From Candidatus Binatia bacterium (GTDB lineage: Bacteria; Desulfobacterota; Binatia; UBA9968; JAJDTQ01), in contig OY762897.2 of NCBI GenBank assembly GCA_963666515.2, positions 4,000,001-4,064,000 on the forward strand: a stretch of DNA of 64,000 nucleotides. The letters run 5' to 3'. The notes beneath the pieces are model-generated. The model was not told where the DNA came from. It searched no databases and saw only the letters and a list, made by a program, of their open reading frames with translations. Below are positions 57,963 to 64,000 of this stretch, piece after piece; the first letter of the stretch is position 1; each line of letters opens with the position of its first letter. Made by a program: the position numbers and the translations under genes.

Positions 57963-58132
57963 GGTCCACTCCTCGTCCGGTCCCACGATACGGGGAATCC
58001 CAGTCCATTTCAATCTCCTACTATAATATCTTCGGCACGACCGGGCCGGACTTTAGGGAAACTCCGATTATTTGCCATCGTGGATACGGGCTCATCTCGC
58101 GGGCCCCGGCCGTATCTGGTAGGTTGCGCGTC

Positions 58133-59293
58133 ATGAGCACCATCAGCTTCATCGCGGACACCAGGGAGGACGCGGCGTTTCGGCTGGAGGTCCGAAGCTG
58201 GCTGGAGGAGAACCTGCCGCCGGAGTTGAAGGGCTGGTCCACGCGACCGCCGCCGGAGATGATCCGGCCGTGGCAGCGAAAGCTCTACGACCGCGGCTGG
58301 ATCGCGCCCAACTGGCCGAAGCAGTACGGCGGCATGGAGGCGACCCTCAACCAGCAGTTGATCCTGCAGGAGGAGTTCGGCCGCGCGGAGGCGCCGGTGC
58401 TGTCGCGGCAGGCGGTGGGGCACATCGGGCCGATCCTGATACGGCACGGCACCGAGGAGCAGAAGGCCGAGCACCTGCCCAAAATGCTCTCCGGCGAGGT
58501 GCTGTGGGCCCAGGGCTATTCCGAGCCGGGTTCGGGGTCCGATCTGGCGAGCCTGCGCACCCGCGGCGAGATCGACGGCGACGAACTGGTCATCAACGGC
58601 CACAAGATCTGGACCACCGGCGGCCACTACGCCGACTGGATGTACGCCCTGATCCGTACCGACCCGGACGCTCCGCGCAAGCAGTTGGGCATCTCCATGG
58701 TGCTCATCGACCTCAAGACGCCGGGGATCACCATACGCCCCATCAAGACCCTGGCCGACGACACGGAGTTCGCCGAGGAGTTCTTCGACGACGTGCGCGT
58801 GCCGCTCTCCAACGCGGTGGGGAAACTGAACGACGGCTGGCGCGTGGCCAAGGCGCTGCTGGATTCGGAACGGCTCGGCAACGCCAACCCGCAACTGGCC
58901 CTGGACATGCTGGAGCGGGTGCGCAAGGTAGCGCGCGCCACCGGCGCCTTCGACGACCCCGTGTTCCAGGACAAGCTGACGCAGGCAGAGTTGGACGTGC
59001 TGGCGCAGTCCGCGGTGTTCGCCCACGCCGTGCAGATCGCCCGGGCCGGCAAGGAAATCGGCGCGGACTCGTCCTTCATCAAGATCGTGTCCACCGACAT
59101 CGTGCAGCGCATCGCCGACCTGCTGCTGGAGGCGTCCGGCGAGCACGCCGCGGAGATTGGCCCGCTGGAGACACCGGACGGGCCGGTGGACGTCTCGGTG
59201 CTGTGGCGAGAGGTCCGGCGCATCTCCATCTACGCCGGCACCAGCGAGATCCAGCGCAACGTCACCGCCAAGCGGGTGCTGGGGCTGCCGTAG
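58133..59293 (+). CDS. Acyl-CoA dehydrogenase
   Basis: WPKQYGG, WAQGYSEPGSGSDLASL, INGHKIWTT, IYAGTSEIQRN. Confidence 0.9.
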   Translation: MSTISFIADTREDAAFRLEVRSWLEENLPPELKGWSTRPPPEMIRPWQRKLYDRGWIAPNWPKQYGGMEATLNQQLILQEEFGRAEAPVLSRQAVGHIGPILIRHGTEEQKAEHLPKMLSGEVLWAQGYSEPGSGSDLASLRTRGEIDGDELVINGHKIWTTGGHYADWMYALIRTDPDAPRKQLGISMVLIDLKTPGITIRPIKTLADDTEFAEEFFDDVRVPLSNAVGKLNDGWRVAKALLDSERLGNANPQLALDMLERVRKVARATGAFDDPVFQDKLTQAELDVLAQSAVFAHAVQIARAGKEIGADSSFIKIVSTDIVQRIADLLLEASGEHAAEIGPLETPDGPVDVSVLWREVRRISIYAGTSEIQRNVTAKRVLGLP

Positions 59294-59315
59294 GAGCCTG
59301 TTCGAGTGAGGCAAC

Positions 59316-60224
59316 ATGCCCGAGTTGCCGGACGTCGAGCTGTATATCCACGCCCTGGAGCCACGGGTCGTCGGCGAGACCCTCGAAAAGGTCCGTCTCA
59401 CGAGCCCGTTCCTGCTCCGGTCCGTGGAACCGCCCATAGACCAGGCGGAGAACCGTCAGATACTGGGGCTGCGCCGGCTCGGCAAGCGCATCGTCTTCGA
59501 GCTGGAGGGCGATATCTTCCTGGTTTTCCACCTGATGATCGCCGGGCGGTTCCGATGGCGTCCCCGCGGGGCGCGCATCCCCGGCAAGCTGGGGCTGGTG
59601 GCCTTCGACCTCTCCTCGGGCACCCTGCTCCTCACCGAAGCCGCGTCCATGAAACGCGCTTCGTTGCATGTCGTGAGCGGCGCCGTGAACCTGGGGCAGC
59701 ATAACCCCGGCGGCATCGAGGTGCTGGAATGCGGCCTGGACGATTTCCGGTGCGCGCTGGCGAGGGAGAACCACACGCTCAAGCGTTCTCTCACCGACCC
59801 CCGGCTGTTCAGCGGCATCGGCAACGCCTACTCTGACGAGATCCTCCACCGTGCCCGCCTGTCGCCCATGAAGCAGACGCGCCACCTCGATGACGCGGAG
59901 ATCGAAACGCTCTACGGTGCGGTCCGGGAAGTGCTCCAGGAGTGGTGCCGCAGGCTCATCGAGGAGACCGGCGACGGCTTCCCCGAGAAGGTCACGGCCT
60001 TCCGCCCGGGCATGGCCGTGCATGGGCGCTACCGGGAGCCGTGTCCAGACTGCGGCTCCCGCGTGCAGCGCATCCGCTACGCGGCCAACGAGTGCAACTA
60101 CTGCGCGAGGTGCCAGACCGGCGGACGCCTTCTGGCCGACCGCTCGCTGTCGCGTCTGATGAAAAAGGATTGGCCTCGGACGCTGGAGGAGCTGGAGGAA
60201 ATCAGGACGGAACGGAGCCTTTGA
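59316..60224 (+). CDS. Fpg/Nei family DNA glycosylase
   Basis: PELPDVE, RLGKR, HLMIAGR, GIGNAYSDEIL, CPDC...CARCQ. Confidence 0.9.
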   Translation: MPELPDVELYIHALEPRVVGETLEKVRLTSPFLLRSVEPPIDQAENRQILGLRRLGKRIVFELEGDIFLVFHLMIAGRFRWRPRGARIPGKLGLVAFDLSSGTLLLTEAASMKRASLHVVSGAVNLGQHNPGGIEVLECGLDDFRCALARENHTLKRSLTDPRLFSGIGNAYSDEILHRARLSPMKQTRHLDDAEIETLYGAVREVLQEWCRRLIEETGDGFPEKVTAFRPGMAVHGRYREPCPDCGSRVQRIRYAANECNYCARCQTGGRLLADRSLSRLMKKDWPRTLEELEEIRTERSL

Positions 60225-60237
60225 CGGAGGCGCGAAC

Positions 60238-61002
60238 TTACCCCTGTTCCTGCCGTCGCTTCTCCTCGGCGATCTCCCAGCCGCCCTGCGTGTACCATCC
60301 CACCTGCCGGAAGAGTCCGCTCAGGATCTTCACGTCGCGTTCCTCGAGGCCGGCGCGGCCCAGGACCCGGCGCAGGGCCAGCAAGATGTGCTCGGGGTTC
60401 TGCGGGTCGAGGAAGCCCACCTTGAGGAGGGTCTCCTTCATGCGGTCGAACAGGGCTTCGACCGCTTCCGCGGGGGCGCGCTTGATGCGATCTTCCTGCG
60501 GCGGGCCGAGGACCGCTGCCAGGTAGACTTCGTAGAGGCACACCATCACGGCCTGCGCGAGGTTCAGGGACGGCTGGTCCGGGTGGCTCGGGATGGTGAC
60601 GAGGCGCTGGCAGTACTTGAGGTCGGCGTTGCTGAGGCCGTGATCCTCGGGGCCGAACACCAGCGCCGCTGGCCTGGCGTCATCGGCCCGGACGGCCGCC
60701 ACCAGGTCTTGAGCGGCCTCGCGCGGCAGCTCGACGTGGTCGCGGTACAGGCCCTTGCGGCAGGTGGTCCCCACCACCAGGCCGCAGTCCGCGACCGCCT
60801 CCCGTATGGTCTCGAACCGCCGTGCGCCGTCAAGGATATCCCGGGCGTGAACCGCCATGGAACGTGCCGACAGGCTCTCGGTGCGTCCGCCGCCCACCAG
60901 CGCCATGTCGCTGAGGCCGGTGTTCTTCATGGCCCGGGCCACGGAGCCGATGTTGCCGGACCCCTTGGGCCGCACCAGCACCACGCGAATCTTCTTGAGC
61001 AT
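60238..61002 (-). CDS. TrmJ/LasT family SPOUT RNA methyltransferase
   Basis: GNIGSVARAMKN, VFGPEDHGLSN, SLNLAQAV. Confidence 0.88.
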   Translation of the reverse strand: MLKKIRVVLVRPKGSGNIGSVARAMKNTGLSDMALVGGGRTESLSARSMAVHARDILDGARRFETIREAVADCGLVVGTTCRKGLYRDHVELPREAAQDLVAAVRADDARPAALVFGPEDHGLSNADLKYCQRLVTIPSHPDQPSLNLAQAVMVCLYEVYLAAVLGPPQEDRIKRAPAEAVEALFDRMKETLLKVGFLDPQNPEHILLALRRVLGRAGLEERDVKILSGLFRQVGWYTQGGWEIAEEKRRQEQG

Positions 61003-61115
61003 TTCGGTCAAGGCAGGACCGGACACCGTCGTGGCCACAGCCGGCGGCTTGAAGGAAAGTGTATCGTATGTTCTATTATTGCCATGGAAATCGAGAATGG
61101 AAATAGGAGGCAACG

Positions 61116-61994
61116 ATGGAATTTCCCGGTCTGAAGATGATAATCGCGTCTGCGGCGACGGTGCTGGTCCTGGTGGTGTTGGCCGGGAGTTACGTGACCG
61201 TTGACAGCGGTCACGTGGGAGTCGTGCGCCGGCTCGGTGCCGTCCAGATGCAGCCGCTGCCGGAAGGGTTTCACCTCAAGGCGCCGTTCGTCGACCAAGT
61301 GGCGGAAGTCGACATACGGCTGCGCAAGGCGCAGAAGGAGGCGGGAGCCTCGTCCAAGGACCTGCAGGTGGTCACGACGCAGGTCGCCGTCCAATACTCT
61401 CTCAACGGTGCCGTGATGCCGTTGACGTACCAGAAGATCGGTACCCGGGAAATGGTGGAGAGCACTCTCATCGATCCGGCGATCCTGGAGTCGGTCAAGG
61501 CCATCACGGCCCAGTATACCGCGGAAGAGTTGGTTACTCGCCGCGCGGCGGTGAAAACCAAGATACAGGGCGCCATCGAGGCGTTCGTCAATGCCACGCT
61601 GACGCAAAAGAACGTTCCCGGCGCCCTGAGCCTGGCCAATGTGGCGATCACCGATTTCGATTTTTCCGATGAGTTCAACCGCGCCATCGAGGAGAAGGTG
61701 AAGGCCGAGCAGGAAGCGTTGCAGGCGCGAAACGAGAAGCTCCGCCGTGTGACGCAGGCCGAAGCCGCGGCCGCGGAGCGCACCTTGGCGGCGGACGCGG
61801 AAGCCTACCAGATCGAGGTCGCATCGAAAGCGCGCGCCGAGGCGATCCGGCGCGAGGCCGAGGCGCTTCGCGACAATCCGTCGATCATCCAACTCCGCAT
61901 CGCCGAGAAATGGGACGGCAGGCTGCCGCAGGTCAATGGCGGCAACGCGATTCCGCTGTTGAACATCGATGCCACGGGCCGCGCTCAGAAGTGA
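61116..61994 (+). CDS. SPFH/prohibitin family protein
   Basis: TM then GHVGVV, ASSKDLQ, FNRAIEEK, EKWDGRLP; AGGAGG RBS. Confidence 0.9.
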   Translation: MEFPGLKMIIASAATVLVLVVLAGSYVTVDSGHVGVVRRLGAVQMQPLPEGFHLKAPFVDQVAEVDIRLRKAQKEAGASSKDLQVVTTQVAVQYSLNGAVMPLTYQKIGTREMVESTLIDPAILESVKAITAQYTAEELVTRRAAVKTKIQGAIEAFVNATLTQKNVPGALSLANVAITDFDFSDEFNRAIEEKVKAEQEALQARNEKLRRVTQAEAAAAERTLAADAEAYQIEVASKARAEAIRREAEALRDNPSIIQLRIAEKWDGRLPQVNGGNAIPLLNIDATGRAQK

Positions 61995-62065
61995 CGGCCG
62001 TGCGGCCGCGGTTGTGGGTTTCATCTGTCCGTCTGCAGGCGGGCGGTGATCAAGGGTCCGGATGA

Positions 62066-62809
62066 TCAGGACCCCTTGTTCCTGGCCCTGGCGATCATCG
62101 CCGTGAGATCCTCGATGGGGACCGCGCCCCTGACGATAAGGTCGCCGACCACCAGCGCGGGGGTGCCGTCGATGTTCAACGCCGCGGCGAGCTTGTGGTT
62201 GTTGCCCAGGACGTTCTTGATCCTGGGCGTCTCCATGTCTCTCCTGAGACGGTCCGTGTCCAGGCCCACGGAGCGCGCGACGCTCATGAGGATGTCGTCG
62301 GTGAGCGGGCCGTCGGCGCGCATTAGCGCCTCGTGAAACGCCTGGTAGTAACCCTGGTTCCTGGCCGCCAGCGCCGCCTGGGCCGCGCGGAACGAGTCGG
62401 GACCCAGCACCGGGAACTCCTTGTAGACCACCCGTAGACGGGGGTCGCGCTTCATGACCGTCTCCAGGGTGGAGGCGAACCGCTTGCAGTAGCCGCAACG
62501 GTAGTCGAAGAACTCGACCAGGGTCACGTCGCCGTCGGGATTGCCGCCCACGAAGGAGTCCGGGTCCGCCAGAAGCGCCTGCCGGTGCGCCTGGATCGCG
62601 GCGCGGTCGCGTCCGGCCTGCTGCCGCCGCTGCCGCTCCCGGTGGCGCTGCACGGCCTCGAAGATCACCTCCGGGTTGTCGAGGAGATACTCGCGGACGA
62701 TTTTCTCGATCTCCTCCACGGAGCGTGGCCCCATGGCCTGTTCGGCGCCCACAACCGGCGCCCCGCCCATGAGGAAAACCAACAGACACCCTGCCGCGAA
62801 ACGTAACAT
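62066..62809 (-). CDS. DsbA family (Com1/ScsC-like) oxidoreductase
   Basis: Signal peptide, YLLDNPE, EFFDYRCGYCK, KEFPVLG, GTPA. Confidence 0.9.
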   Translation of the reverse strand: MLRFAAGCLLVFLMGGAPVVGAEQAMGPRSVEEIEKIVREYLLDNPEVIFEAVQRHRERQRRQQAGRDRAAIQAHRQALLADPDSFVGGNPDGDVTLVEFFDYRCGYCKRFASTLETVMKRDPRLRVVYKEFPVLGPDSFRAAQAALAARNQGYYQAFHEALMRADGPLTDDILMSVARSVGLDTDRLRRDMETPRIKNVLGNNHKLAAALNIDGTPALVVGDLIVRGAVPIEDLTAMIARARNKGS

Positions 62810-63011
62810 TGCGATGCTCCTTGAACGGACTGCTTCGTACCGGTCCTTCGTCCCGATGCGCCCGGATATGCATGCGGATGCGTCCCGGACGGATGAGGCC
62901 AGTCTACGTGAGATCGTCCGCGGCCGCCAGCCCACTCGCCCTTGAAGGCTTGCCGAGCCAGGTGAGCTGATATAAAATAGGGCAATTATATATCGTATTA
63001 CGTGGCTCTAT

Positions 63012-64000
63012 ATGGCAATTCCCTATATAAACAGACATGGAGAACGCGAGATTGCGCAGTACATCGCCGATCCCACGCCGTTCAAGCCGGTGCTGCTCCT
63101 GGAAGGCGCCCGTCAGGTCGGGAAGACCACACTGGCGGAACGCGTCCTTCGGCAATCCACCAAGCACGCCGTACACGTGAACCTGGAGCGGGACGCGCTC
63201 ATCCGGTCGACCATCGACGACTGCCGGGACTTTGCCGAATACGAGGACGTGCTGCGCGACCGCTTCGATTTCCGGGGCGACGCAGGCCAAGTCCTGTTCA
63301 TCGACGAGGCGCAGGAGAGCCGCAAGCTCGGCGAGTTCGTGCGTTTCATGAAGGAAGAGTGGCCGAAGGCCACGGTCATCCTGTCCGGCTCCACGCTCAC
63401 CCGCCTGTTCCGCGCGACGACCCGCTATCCCGTGGGCCGTGTCCGCCGTTTCGTCCTGGGTCCCTTCTCGTTCTCGGAATTCCTGCTGGCCCTTGACAAG
63501 AAGCACCTCACGGACATCGTGCTGAGCACTCGAACCCGCCTGAGCAATCAACGGCACACCCAACTCCTCGCGCTGTTCGACGCATTCCTCCTCGTCGGCG
63601 GACTTCCCGCGGTCGTGCAGGCGTACGCCTCGGGCGGTGACCACCGGCTGGTGCTGAGACAGATCATCGCCGATTACGAACAGGACTTCATCCGCATCTT
63701 CGGCGAAGACAGCAGCGACATCGCCAGGGCCTGCCTGCGCAGCGTGGCGAATTTCGCCGGCGGCGTATCGAAGAATACCGCTGTCGTTCCGTCCCCGAGT
63801 AACCGCGTCAACGAGCGGATCAACCAGATATTTGCGAGGCTGGAGAGTTGGCATCTGGTCCTTCGTGCGGACCAGAAGGGAACCAACCCGCAGGCCAGTC
63901 ACGGTTACCTGCCCAAGCGGTATCTGTTCGATACGGGCGTGCTGCGCGAACTGCGTGAGTCCGCGGTGCCATCCATCAGCGCCGTCAACACCTTGTCCGC
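63012..64000 (+). CDS. AAA_14/DUF4143 ATPase, 3' end beyond the window
   Basis: MAIPYINRH...LEGARQVGKTT, FIDEAQ, LSGS, PFSFSEF, GGLPAVV, KRYLFDTG; missing from the ORF track because it has no stop in the window. Confidence 0.85.
   Translation, partial: MAIPYINRHGEREIAQYIADPTPFKPVLLLEGARQVGKTTLAERVLRQSTKHAVHVNLERDALIRSTIDDCRDFAEYEDVLRDRFDFRGDAGQVLFIDEAQESRKLGEFVRFMKEEWPKATVILSGSTLTRLFRATTRYPVGRVRRFVLGPFSFSEFLLALDKKHLTDIVLSTRTRLSNQRHTQLLALFDAFLLVGGLPAVVQAYASGGDHRLVLRQIIADYEQDFIRIFGEDSSDIARACLRSVANFAGGVSKNTAVVPSPSNRVNERINQIFARLESWHLVLRADQKGTNPQASHGYLPKRYLFDTGVLRELRESAVPSISAVNTLS

Overview
GC-rich bacterial chromosomal window. The gene content (amidohydrolases, Bug/TctC, sel genes, AAA/DUF4143 and PD-(D/E)XK ATPases, several TA modules) is reminiscent of uncultured deltaproteobacteria-like or symbiont genomes, which is inference only. 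At the left end is a type I-G (I-U) CRISPR interference operon (cas7-csb2-cas3-cas8, minus strand) followed by a Phd/VapC pair, with no cas1/2/4 and no conventional array in the window. The main finding is a divergent one-spacer mini-array just upstream of cas7 (7294-7378). Its spacer pairs with the cas promoter itself (protospacer 7236-7252, TTT PAM, mismatches at positions 6, 12 and 18, next to a TTGACA-17-TATCTT promoter), which points to a CreR-like RNA guiding Cascade autorepression. The rest holds a frameshifted AAA/PD-(D/E)XK gene, a myo-inositol operon (iolCDEBG), a second TA pair, a Cu-ATPase, an SF1 helicase-Vsr/DUF559 candidate defence gene, a catabolic hydrolase cluster, accB/accC, a Fic gene, selA-selB-selD (SelD has an in-frame UGA and SECIS), a UbiA/GT-C glycosylation cluster, an acyl-CoA dehydrogenase pair, housekeeping genes and three REP/MITE-like repeat families. 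All coordinates were read by eye and no database searches were run.
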